64,000 nt of DNA from Macrostomum lignano (GCA_002269645.1 NIVC01000528.1:186001-250000); one strand, 5' to 3'. Shown: positions 1 through 10,614, counted from the stretch's first letter. The notes: generated from the letters alone by a model not told the origin. Program-made: numbers and translations.

Positions 1-479
1 GAGCGTCGAGGATCAGGCACTCCATATCAAACGAGCCGACAGCAAGTCTGGGCATTAGCTCTTCGAGATGCCGAAAACCTTCGACTGGAGTTCATCTACC
101 GGGAGGACGAGCGAACACGGACACACCGGCACAGTGCCTGGATCCCAGCTTGCAGCGCCATCACCAACGCCGACGAGCTGCACCGCCTGCTGCTGGCTAC
201 CAGTTCGGACCTGCCGGCAAATCCAAGCCGGGTAGAGACGGTTTCACGGCAATGCTCGAACTGTCGGATAGCTGGATGCTTTGCTATCCGAATACGTCCC
301 AAATTCTCTCTCAACTCTTCAGCTTTGAATCTGACACCACCCGTCTACTGCCCCTGAAGAAGATTTACTCTTTTAGTGGACGAGCGGGAGCTCTGCCGGG
401 CTGAAAAGCCCAGAAAAAAGAGATATTGTGCGTCACGACTCTTACGAGGACGTGAACCCCGTCAGCGGCAGAGCCAGTG

Positions 480-1260
480 CAGCACTTTGGGCACCTCGGA
501 GTGAGCAGAGCGACGCGACCTTGGAAGGAGCTTCAGCTCGATAGCTTGGGCGAGCTGCATTCGGCGCCGAACTCATGTCGCTTCATTCTGGTGCTGTACG
601 CATTCGAATTCGAAGTGGCCAGAAGCAGCCTGCATGTCCACAGTGACCACAGCGGACGTGATAGACGCCCTGACGACGTGGTTCCGCCGCTGGGGACTCT
701 CATAGAGCATCAACACGGACGGCGGGCCGCAGTTCATGTCCGGTGACTTCAAGGACTTCCTCCAGCGCTGCGGCATCCAGCACCGCCAGTCGCCGCACTA
801 CCACCCGCTGCAGTCGAGCGCTTCAACCGGTTTCTGAAAGACGGCCTGAAGACGCACCTGCAGGACGGCTACGGCTTCAAGGACGCGGTGAGGGCGCTGC
901 TGTGGTCATACCGGGCCTCCCCGCACGCCCTGACGGGGTGTCACCCGCGGAGCTGATGACGAGCCGGAAAATCAGAACTCCGCTGACTGCACTGCAGCCA
1001 AGGACGCCATCGCGGCACAACCTGGCTGGCAGCATCAGGCAGAAGCAGCAGCGAGTCTTCAGCAAGCTCAACTCGGCCAGGAGGCCACCGCCGGCGTTCA
1101 AGGTCGGCGACTGGGTGCGCTTGAGGCGGCCGTTCGCGCGTGGCAAGCTGAGCAGCCGGCTGTCCGAGCCGCTGGAGATCTGGAGATTGCGAGCGCCACC
1201 ACAGTGATCCTCAGCGACGGCTCTCGTTGGCACGTCGACTGCGGGTGCAGCAGGCGGTAG
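480..1260 (+). mobile_element. Decayed Ty3/Gypsy LTR-retrotransposon integrase (rve) fragment
   Basis: Joining shifted frames gives RPWKELQLD...SKWPEA...WFRRWGLS*SINTDGGPQF...GIQHRQSPHYHP...VERFNRFLKDGLK...SPAELM...FKVGDWV...LSDGSRWH, i.e. a D,D,E catalytic triad with several frameshifts and an in-frame TAG. A purine run GGGGA followed by TGTGG at 1421-1430 could be PPT plus LTR start. Confidence 0.85.
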
Positions 1261-2287
1261 GAGCACTGCCGCAGTGGCCCGCGCCGGCCTCCACGACGGC
1301 TCCGACACCCGCGGCTGAGGCAGGAGCGGCGGCGGAGGCGGCTGAAGAGCTGCCGCCGCATCAAGGAGCACCGACGGCGACTCGAGCGAGTGAGGAATCG
1401 GGCGTCCGCCGCAGTGGTACGGGGATGTGGTGACTCACTGATTGCAATGACAGCAAAGGACTTTTGAATTGCAAGCTTTTCGTTTTCGAGTTTCCTGTTT
1501 GAGGGTTTTTTGCGATTGTGACTTTCAGGCATCGAAACAGGAATACAACAGATTGCTTATCTGCGAATAGTCTATGGTCAAGCCGCCCCCATCTTTGGAT
1601 ATTCACAACGGGTTATATTTGGATATACCCATTTGCAGATGAGCAATCTGTATATTCCTGTATCAATGCGTTTGCGAGGATATTTTTTATTCAATACAAC
1701 AGAGCTGAATAAACAGATTGTATACATGTACGAAAAGAAAAATAATAAGAAATGTCTTATTTATATAAGAAATGTCTTTAGACGTTACACTCAAATCGGC
1801 CGAATTGCATCGTTTGTTCCGCATGGGATCCTCGGGGCAAGCATCATAGTTACCGCATTCAATGAATCGGATGAACTCCATCAACTCTTCGTCATCCACC
1901 TCGTCACGTCCACCCATACTCAAGTCGCTGAGAAAGTTAACCTCATTTCCATTCAAGCCGTCAATGCTTTTCAATCGGCAAATTCAAAAAGTGGCATGAA
2001 TAGAGGTTAGGGCAAACAGAGGAAACAGGAACATGTATCCTCTGCTGCAGAGTTCCAGCTTATAAGACCACAACTTTATTTAACATGTTTCGTCTATGGT
2101 AATTTCAGACTGTTCCGCTTAACTTTTCGTTCCAGACGTTTAGTCTATGGCCATCATTTGGCTTGCGCCAAGTGGAAAATGCCTATGACACAAATCCCTA
2201 GAATCGCTTAGTGAACAATTCCCGTCTGGGAAGTTATGTCCTAGCCGTTTTGAATTGGTTTTTGGACGAAAATAGACACAATTCCAC

Positions 2288-2385
2288 TATCGAGAGGTAA
2301 CGCTTCACACACAACTGCCTTACCGCGTCTCGGCCTACCCGCTTCGACGCTATGGCAGTTGTGTGTGAAGCGTGACCTCTCGATA
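2288..2385. repeat. Long inverted repeat / hairpin (32-bp arms, 1 mismatch)
   Basis: 2288-2319 TATCGAGAGGTAACGCTTCACACACAACTGCC is the reverse complement of 2354-2385 except one base; GCGTC/GACGC (2325-2329, 2346-2350) can extend the stem. Confidence 0.9.
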
Positions 2386-2602
2386 ATCATACATTGTGGT
2401 ATCAATTTGTTTGCCATACTAGTGTTACTATCATAAAGCTCCCATGTGGACCATAGACAATAAATGCCCCAAGACTCTCCTTTTTAAACCGCTCACTCGT
2501 ATTTTCAACTGACTTGCAGCACTAAGCAAACTCAGAGGCTCAGTTTCAGCTCTATCAACGTCATCTCAGCAAGTTGCCAGCAAACTCTAACGGCACAGCA
2601 TT

Positions 2603-5223
2603 ATGAAGTCGGAAGCAAAAGATGTACGGATATTATTGCTGCTGCTGTGTCTGGGTCTTCCGACAATCAGTGCCTACACGTACTCGCCTACATTACAAAA
2701 GCAATTTTTCCACGGCAGCAATAACAAAAATCTAAACAACAACAATCTAAACAACAACAATCTAAACAACAACAATCTAAACAACAACAATCTAAACAAT
2801 ATGAACAACAACGCGCAGCCGGAAAATACCGACATTGATAAAGATATTGAGGAAGTGGAAAACACAGTGAAAGTGGGCGCCATAGTCGGCATAGTGATTG
2901 GCGTGATCGTCTCGGTTGGTGTTGTCGTTGCCATCGTTGCCGTCGTCGTTTGCGTGTGCAAAAAGTCGGGCAAGCAGGGAGGAGCCACCCAGGGAGCCGT
3001 GCTGCAGCCGGCCCCCACCTTCGGCAGCCGCCCCCACAGGCTCAGGTGAGGCTCTGCGCGGGCCTGCCCGCTGTCAATTTAATGCAGCTTAGATACGGAA
3101 ATCGCAAAATTGTTTTGTTAATTTGATGCACTCAATGCCTTGCTGTGATCAAATACTGCAACATTACGGATACCAGAGATAGCCATGGATACCAGAGATA
3201 GCCATGGATATCAGAGTTAGCCATGGATACCAGAGTTAGAGCCATAGATAGCAGAGTTAGAGCCATGGACACCAGAGTCAGCCATGGATACCAGAGCTAG
3301 CCATGGATACCAGAGTTAGAGCCATAGATAGCAGAGTTAGAGCCATGGACACCAGAGATAGCCATGGATACCAGAGTTAGCCATGGAAACCAGAGTTAGA
3401 GCCATGGATAGCAGAGTCAGCCATGCATACCAGAGCTAGCCATGGATACCAGAGCTAGCCATGGAAACCAGAGTTAGAGCCATGGATAGCAGAGTCAGCC
3501 ATGCATACCAGAGCTAGCCATGGATACCAGAGCTAGCCATGGAAACCAGAGTTAGAGCCATGGATAGCAGAGTCAGCCATGCATACCAGAGTCAGCCATG
3601 GATACCAGAGTTAGCCATGGAAACCAGAGTTAGAGCCATGGATAGCAGAGTCAGCCATGCATACCAGAGCTAGCCATGGATACCAGAGTTAGCCATGGAA
3701 ACCAGAGTTAGAGCCATGGATAGCAGAGTCAGCCATGCATACCAGAGCTAGCCATGGATACCAGAGCTAGCCATGGAAACCAGAGTTAGAGCCATGGATA
3801 GCAGAGTCAGCCATGCATACCAGAGCTAGCCATGGATACCAGAGCTAGCCATGGAAACCAGAGTTAGAGCCATGGATAGCAGAGTCAGCCATGCATACCA
3901 GAGCTAGCCATGGATAGCAGAGTCAGCCATGCATACCAGAGCTAGCCATGGATAGCAGAGTCAGCCATGGATACCAGAGCTAGCCATGGATACCAGAGTT
4001 AGAGCCATAGATAGCAGAGTTAGAGCCATGGACACCAGAGATAGCCATGGATACCAGAGTTAGCCATGGAAACCAGAGTTAGAGCCATGGATAGCAGAGT
4101 CAGCCATGCATACCAGAGCTAGCCATGGATACCAGAGCTAGCCATGGAAACCAGAGTTAGAGCCATGGATAGCAGAGTCAGCCATGCATACCAGAGCTAG
4201 CCATGGATACCAGAGCTAGCCATGGAAACCAGAGTTAGAGCCATGGATAGCAGAGTCAGCCATGCATACCAGAGCTAGCCATGGATACCAGAGCTAGCCA
4301 TGCATACCAGAGCTAGCCATGGATACCAGAGCTAGCCATGGAAACCAGAGTTAGAGCCATGGATAGCAGAGTCAGCCATGCATACCAGAGCTAGCCATGG
4401 ATAGCAGAGTCAGCCATGCATACCAGAGCTAGCCATGGATAGCAGAGTCAGCCATGCATACCAGAGCTAGCCATGGATAGCAGAGTCAGCCATGCATACC
4501 AGAGCTAGCCATGGATACTGTAGTGCGTGAAACGAGGCTAGACTGCTTGTTGTAGTCGATAGTTTCCGAAAGCTTGCAGGCGAGAATAATAGCGATCAGT
4601 ATATTTATTGAATTATTGAGCTGAGTCAGAATGGTGGCTAAAGTCGCACCATGCACATTTGATATTGTACGCATAAGAATTGAGCTAGCAGAGTCACGCG
4701 GCGCAGCCGCTAACAACACCCCAACACACACGATAGGAGGCGCTGCCTACAGATACCAGAGTTAGCCATGGATACCAGAGTTAGCCATGGATACCAGAGT
4801 TAGCCATGGATACCAGAGTTAGCCAAGGACACCAGAGTTAGCCAAGGACACCAGAGTTAGCCAAGGACACCAGAGTTAGCCATGGATACCAGAGTTAGCC
4901 AAGGACACCAGAGTTAGCCAAGGACACCAGAGTTAGCCAAGGACACCAGAGTTAGCCATGGATACCAGAGTTAGCCAAGGACACCAGAGTTAGCCAAGGA
5001 CACCAGAGTTAGCCAAGGACACCAGAGTTAGCCATGGACACCAGAGCTAGCCAAGGACACCAGAGTTAGCCAAGGACACCAAAGTTAGAGCCACAGGTAC
5101 GCATGGAGTTCGGACCGCAATTCGCATCAATCGCTCTGCTTTCTCACGACTGCAGGCACCAGTCGGGTATCCCGGATACGCAGCCGGGCAGCAGCAGTAC
5201 GGCAGCTACCAGCAGCAGCAGCA

Positions 5224-5255
<32 letters not shown>

Positions 5256-5302
5256 AGGCCCCGGGACTTTATCCCAATCCGAACGCACCTGCTGCGCATT
5301 AG
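2603..5302 (+). CDS. Single-pass type I membrane protein: Asn-repeat ectodomain, juxtamembrane Cys, Pro/Gln/Tyr-rich tail (shisa/CYYR1-like tail); 2 exons, apparent 1-nt frameshift
   Basis: Exon 1 2603-3045: signal peptide, (NLNNN)n, TM IVGIVIGVIVSVGVVVAIVAVVVCVCKK, donor CAG|GTGAG. Exon 2 5156-5302 follows acceptor TTCTCACGACTGCAG and reads APVGYPGYAAGQQQYGSYQQQQQPPPPPPPPPPQAPGLYPNPNAPAAH*. That frame needs one extra base near 3022. Confidence 0.72.
3168..5095. repeat. Intronic minisatellite, 19-21-bp unit AGCCATGGATACCAGAG(T/C)T, split by a solo LTR
   Basis: Tandem units directly visible at 3168-4518 and 4752-5095. Confidence 0.97.
4519..4751. mobile_element. Solo LTR (233 bp) with 5-bp target-site duplication
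   Basis: Termini TGTAG...CTACA; GATAC duplicated at 4514-4518 and 4752-4756; unique sequence interrupting a minisatellite unit. Confidence 0.78.
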
Positions 5303-6039
5303 TACTGAAATTCTACCTGCAGATTTTGATTTCCAGCATCGAACAGAACCCTCTATCTGTGTCTCATCATAAAAAACATTCCTCAAATACGATCACATGG
5401 CCTCAGCTGGCAAGTGCACAGTCAACTCGCAGTAGTGAACTGCTGCTGTGCACGTACAGTACAAATGAATAAAGTCCTGCACAGATTCCAAACTCGCGAT
5501 TCTTTACCGTAAATTTTACCGCTACATAACGGATCAACTTTAAGCAGAACTCGATGCAGCTGTATGAGAACACAAGATGAACAACAATAAACTTCATCAA
5601 TATTCCGCTGCATATATACTTGTATTATCCTGTTCACCTAGGGATTCATCATCTGCGGTAGCGACGCTCTCCCAATGTTCCTCAAAAAGCTCGCTGCTCA
5701 CTCAGATCGCAAGCTTCCTCTTCTTCACCATATGCTGAATGCGTGCGCCTATTTGCAGCCAAAGCGGCACCGAGGTTGCTTCGAGGACCCCCGATTTGGA
5801 CCATAGACAGTTGAAAAGTCTGTCTTTAATTGTTGCCTCCCCCAGTGATTATAGCATTTTGCAAGCTAGTAGAGAATGCGAGCAAGCAATTAAATAATCG
5901 ATAGCAAAGTCAGTGGAATCTTTTATAGTCCATGGTCAAAGCTATGAGCATTCCTCCAACCAAATAAATAATGCGAGCACGCAATTGATAAATTTTCTCA
6001 GTTCTTAAGTGAACTGATCTCGATAGCAGCTCGAAATGG

Positions 6040-6384
6040 ACGCAATCGACATAGAGCTGTGCAGATTTCCAGGTTTTTTAATGTGAAGGTACAAACTGTG
6101 TATACTATCCAATGGGACTCCGTCGAGGAGGATATCGAACGTCAAAGCTAGGAAACCAGCACGTGCAACAGCTTCTGGATTCACTGGATGCCAATCCATC
6201 ACTGACACTAAAAGAGTTGCAGCGCACACTGGAGAATTCGTTTGACGGTCTTCGGGTTAGCAAGGCCACACTTAGCAGATCTCTAGACAAACATCTGATC
6301 ACGCTGAAATGCTTAGGCAGAGATGCTGACCTACGGGTCGCATGGAACACGCCAGAGAATAAAGCGCGTGAACAAGAATTTTAG
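6040..6384 (+). mobile_element. IS630/Tc1/mariner-type transposase N-terminal (HTH) fragment
   Basis: RFFNVKVQTVYTI (shifted frame), then RGGYRTSKL...LDANPSLTLKELQRTLENSFDGLRVSKATLSRSLDKHLITLK, the usual pattern of Tc1/IS630 DNA-binding regions. No DDE domain; the sequence runs into a minisatellite at 6385. Confidence 0.65.
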
Positions 6385-6755
6385 AGCAATGGACACCTGA
6401 GTCAGCCATGGATACCAGAGTCAGCCATGGATACCAGAGTTAGCCATGAATACCAGAGTCAGCCATGGATACCAGAGTCAGCCATGGATACCAGAGTTAG
6501 CCATGGATACCAGAGTCAGCCATGGATACCAGAGTTAGCCATGGATACCAGAGTCAGCCATGGACACCAGAGTCAGCCATGGATACCAGAGTCAGCCATG
6601 GATACCAGAGTCAGCCATGGATACCAGAGCTAGCCATGGATACCAGAGTCAGCCATGGACACCAGAGTCAGCCATTGATACCAGAGTCAGCCATGGATAC
6701 CAGAGTCAGCCATGGATACCAGAGTCAGCCATGGATACCAGAGTTAGAGCCACAA
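6385..6755. repeat. Second array of the AGCCATGGATACCAGAGT minisatellite
   Basis: Same unit as 3168-5095, again directly upstream of an exon-2 copy. Confidence 0.96.
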
Positions 6756-7260
6756 GTACGCATGGAGTAAGGCCACAATTCGCATCAATCGCTCTGCTTT
6801 CTCACGCACTGCAGGCTCCATTCGGGTATCCCGGATACCCAGCCGGGCAGCAGTACGGCAGCTACTAGCAGCAGCCACCGCTGCCTTCGCCTTCCCCGCC
6901 GCCACCGCCGCAGCCGCCGCCGCCAGTCAGCGCCGAAGAGTACACGTACTCGCCTACATTACGCAGGAAATTTTTGTACAACAGCAATAAGAACAACAAC
7001 ATCGCGGAGCCGGATAGCACCGAAATTGATGAATATCACCGACGTAGTGAACTGCTCCTGTGCACGCACAGTGCAAATGAATAAAGTCCTGCACAAATTC
7101 CAAACTCGCGATTCTTTACCGTAAATTTTACCGCTACATAACGAATCAACTTTAAGCAGAACTCGATGCAGCTGTATGAGAACGCAAGATAAACAACAAA
7201 CGCCATAAATATTCAGCTGCTTATATTTTTTGTTAAATTCGCATTCCAAACAATTAATAG
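6756..7260 (+). pseudogene. Rearranged partial duplicate of the 2603-5302 gene
   Basis: Copy of the intron end and acceptor, then exon 2 from 6815 (APFGYPGYPAGQQYGSY*, TAG at 6866-6868), fused in frame to exon-1-like YTYSPTLRRKFLYNSNKNNN (6927-7030), followed by a copy of the 5431-5610 downstream sequence. Confidence 0.8.
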
Positions 7261-7369
7261 CTAAAGCAATTTCCAGGTAGATAAGGATGCCAGTAACGTG
7301 TGAACCAACCACATTAAAGTGATGAGCTGAGCAGAGAAGTGCGGGAGCCAAAGATGGGAGTGGAGGACA

Positions 7370-8262
7370 GGATAGAGCGGAGGGAGGAGGGGAGCGGAGG
7401 GAGGAGGGGAGCGGAGGGAGGAGGGGAGCGGAGGGAGGAGGGGAGCGGAGGGAGGAGGGGAGCGGAGGGAGGAGGGGAGCGGAAGGAAGAGGGGAGCGGA
7501 AGGAAGAGGGGAGCGGAAGGAAGGAGGGGAGCGGAGGGAGGAGGGGAGCGGAGGAAGGAGGGGAGCGGAGGAAGGAGGGGAGCGGAGGAAGGAGGGAAGC
7601 GAAGAGAGGGGGAGCGGAGATAGGAAGGGGTAGGGGGAGGAGGGGAGCGGAGAAAGGAAGGGGTAGGGGGAGGAGGGGAGCGGAGAAAGGAGGGAAGCGA
7701 AGAGAGGGGAGCGGAGATAGGAAGGGGTAGGGGGGAGGAGGGGAGCGGAGAAAGGAAGGGGTAGGGGGGAGGAGGGGAGCGGAGAAAGGAAGGGGTAGGG
7801 GGGAGGAGGGGAGCGGAGAAAGGAGGGAAGCGAAGAGAGGGGGAGCGGAGATAGGAAGGGGTAGGGGGGAGGAGGGGAGCGGAGAAAGGAAGGGGTAGGG
7901 GGGAGGAGGGGAGCGGAGAAAGGAGGGAAGCGAAGAGAGGGGGAGCGGAGATAGGAAGGGGTAGGGGGAGGAGGGAGCGGAGAAAGGAAGGGGTAGGGGG
8001 GAGGAGGGGAGCGGAGAAAGGAAGGGGTAGGGGGAGGAGGGGAGCGGAGAAAGGAGGGAAGCGAAGAGAGGGGGAGCGGAGATAGGAAGGGGTAGGGGGA
8101 GGAGGGGAGCGGAGAAAGGAAGGGGTAGGGGGAGGAGGGGAGCGGAGAAAGGAAGGGGTAGGGGGGAGGAGGGGAGCGGAGAAAGGAAGGGGTAGGGGGG
8201 AGGAGGGGAGCGGAGAAAGGAAGGGGTAGGGGGGAGGAGGGAGCGGAGTGAGGAGGGGAAGC
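7370..8262. repeat. Purine-rich low-complexity repeat (GGAGGGGAGCGGA variants)
   Basis: Plus strand almost entirely G/A; source of the spurious Pro/Leu/Ser ORFs. Confidence 0.96.
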
Positions 8263-8356
8263 AGAAATGCGGAGTCCCAGAAACGCAGCAAAACAGAGTA
8301 TGAATGTAAACTTCTCTAAACACACAGAGCTGAACGGTTGAGTCCGGCTACGGCGA

Positions 8357-9004
8357 TCAGTCCTGCTTCTTCCGCGACATCCAGCCGGAGTTCTCTCCAA
8401 GCTTGGTCCGGCAGTCCGGGTTTGAGCACACGTGAACAACGCCGAGAAGTTCCGGGTAGTAGAAGGGGATGAGGCACAGGACAGAGAAGATGCTGGAGCA
8501 GGTGTTGATTTGTGGATTCAAAATTTATAGCTTGGAACTAAATTTAGAAAAACAGAAGAATTGTACAATTTTGTGCTTGTAACTAGTTGTGTTTTACAAT
8601 GGTAGATTGTGACGGACAGAGTGTGGTCAAAGGGTTCCAGAGCATTATTTAAAATATCAAGTACAGCGACCTTCAGCTGTCCATGGTGAGTTATTGTCTA
8701 GTTTGGTCGCATCGCCCACAAGTCACTGCTGGAACTGCCCCGACAAGATGACGGTGATTTGAGCGACTCACCCGGTCAAGAACAGCGCCAGCGACACAAT
8801 GTAGGTGCGGACAGTCGGCACGAAGACCACATCTGTGACCACCAGCTTCTTGCACTTGAAAAAGCGGACGGTGGCGTTGGCGCTGCTCCAGCGCTGGTGC
8901 TTGAGAAGCTTCAACAGCAGCTCCTCCTCGGTGCCCTCCTCGATTTCCTGCTGACCGTCGGTCAGGATCACCGAGGCGCGAGTTCGAACGTCGCTGAGCC
9001 GCAT
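8357..9004 (-). CDS. LITAF-like zinc-ribbon domain protein, 122 aa, 2 exons
   Basis: Exon 1 9004-8772 (donor GG|GTGAGT, phase 2) and exon 2 8492-8357 (acceptor CTGCTCCAG) join in phase: VRFFKCKKLVVTDVVFVPTVRTYIVSLALFLTGIFSVLCLIPFYYPELLGVVHVCSNPDCRTKLG. This fits the LITAF layout: knuckle, VxT, hydrophobic stretch, CLIPF, HxC..C, LG. Confidence 0.85.
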
Positions 9005-9789
9005 TGGTTGGGTGTTTGAGCAGAGAACAGAATCCCAGAGCACATATTATTGCTGCATTGAAAATTTCAACATGGGCTTTTTCTATCAGCTTGCAATTGC
9101 CTCAGTAGCCACAGACATAAAATGGCAGCTAGTTGAAGGCATCAAAGGTACGTATATTTTAAAAATAGATCGATGTGATAATTGCTTGTTGGCTCCAGGT
9201 GCGCCAGTCACTACGTGTTAGTGAGCATCGATCTCCATCTCTTTTTGAGAAGTGAGCATTGTTGTGAGCAAGTGAGAAGGTTGTCGAATAGCCCTGCATT
9301 TCTTGTCAAAAATTTTTTTTGAAAATTTTACCTGCATTAGCAAACCGCGGAGAATCTAATTTTGAAACGAGTTATGCAAATAATTCAGATTGTACGCTCG
9401 TAATTAACTGACATCTGCAGTAGATCAACCTACGTTCAGGGCAGAGACGTCACAGCCAGCAATGATCCACTTTTAGGTTTTAGTTTTAGTTTAGCAAAAC
9501 TCAATCTGCAGTCAAGTAGGATGGATGCACGTTGTGTGCTGGATGCATCAGTACAGTATTGAAATTGACGCAATCATACGAGCGTATGGCCGGAGCCTTT
9601 GTGCACATTTCTAATGCACAGTTGCGAGTAAACATCTATGAGCATGCAATAATTGCCACCGGAGCGCCCAAAAAGCAACGTGCCTTGTCGAATCCAATTA
9701 AGGCACAATCCGCCCGCAAACTATAAAAATGCAGGCAATTTTGGCCACAATTACAAGACCCTCTCTGAACTGCTCAACCAACAGCGACA

Positions 9790-10260
9790 ATGATCACTGC
9801 ACTGCTGCTATTCTTCGCAGCGCATCTGCATGGATGCGCAGCAGCTGGCGGTCAGATCCCAGACTGGCACTCTAATCCTCAGAAGGTGGAAAACAGCCTC
9901 ATAGCCATCGTTGTCATTCTCGTCCTTGCCGTGGCAGCTCTGGCCGCCATCTGGTGCCCGCTGCTCATTGGTTGCTTGCGGCACCGTCGGGTTTGCTGTC
10001 GTTGCTGCAGCTGTCTTAAGCAGCAGCAGCAGCCACAGTGGCCGCAGGAGAGAGCAGCCTCGACGCTCGACACCATGGGGATCACGATGGCAGCGGCGAA
10101 GCAGCCAGCCGAAGCCAAGCTGCCGCCGCCGCGGTATTCTGTTTGCTGCATGCAACAAGCGCCCCACCAGCTCACCAACGCAGAGGACTCGCCGCCGCCA
10201 GACTACTCAGCGTTGGTTTTTAACCAACTCGGCCAGGCCGCGGTGGAAGCGCTGCCGTGA
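9790..10260 (+). CDS. Single-pass membrane protein with Cys-rich juxtamembrane segment and two PPxY motifs (PMEPA1/TMEM92-like architecture)
   Basis: Intronless 156 aa: signal peptide, TM LIAIVVILVLAVAALAAIW, CCRCCSC, LPPPRY and SPPPDY. Confidence 0.82.
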   Translation: MITALLLFFAAHLHGCAAAGGQIPDWHSNPQKVENSLIAIVVILVLAVAALAAIWCPLLIGCLRHRRVCCRCCSCLKQQQQPQWPQERAASTLDTMGITMAAAKQPAEAKLPPPRYSVCCMQQAPHQLTNAEDSPPPDYSALVFNQLGQAAVEALP

Positions 10261-10614
10261 GGAGCCATGCGTGTGCAGGAAGATGTACCAGCTTGCATTA
10301 TAATTAGAAACTGCAACTTGTGCATGTAATGATACGCGCGTGCTTGTGCAGGTGCTAGCAAGTACTTTTACGTGTATTTAGCCAACTTTTATAAAGCTTC
10401 AGCCTAATTCTCCGATTTAGGTGGTACATGTATAACAGCATGTATAAGTGCGGCTTCTGTACTCTTCGTTACTGTTTTATGGGCTCCTGTCGTCTTTCAT
10501 TTCTTCACATGGCTTTCTACTTTAAAACCGTTTAATTCAGGTCTTTTTCTGGGGCTTCAGCCTCCTACTCGTAACAATTAAGTTCAGTCAGAAGCTTTGG
10601 CCTCCTGCATTATT

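Noticed and set aside
1-360. Open frame from base 1 with VETVSRQCSNC, resembling an integrase zinc-finger CxxC
   Set aside because: No upstream HH pair and the spacing to the integrase core is too long; cannot be assigned.
1687-1974. 95-aa acidic minus-strand ORF
   Set aside because: No recognisable motif or convincing splice context.
6959-8439. Long Pro/Leu/Ser ORFs, and similar ones at 20659-21403, 32705-34054 and 40588-42133
   Set aside because: Translations of purine/pyrimidine low-complexity tracts.
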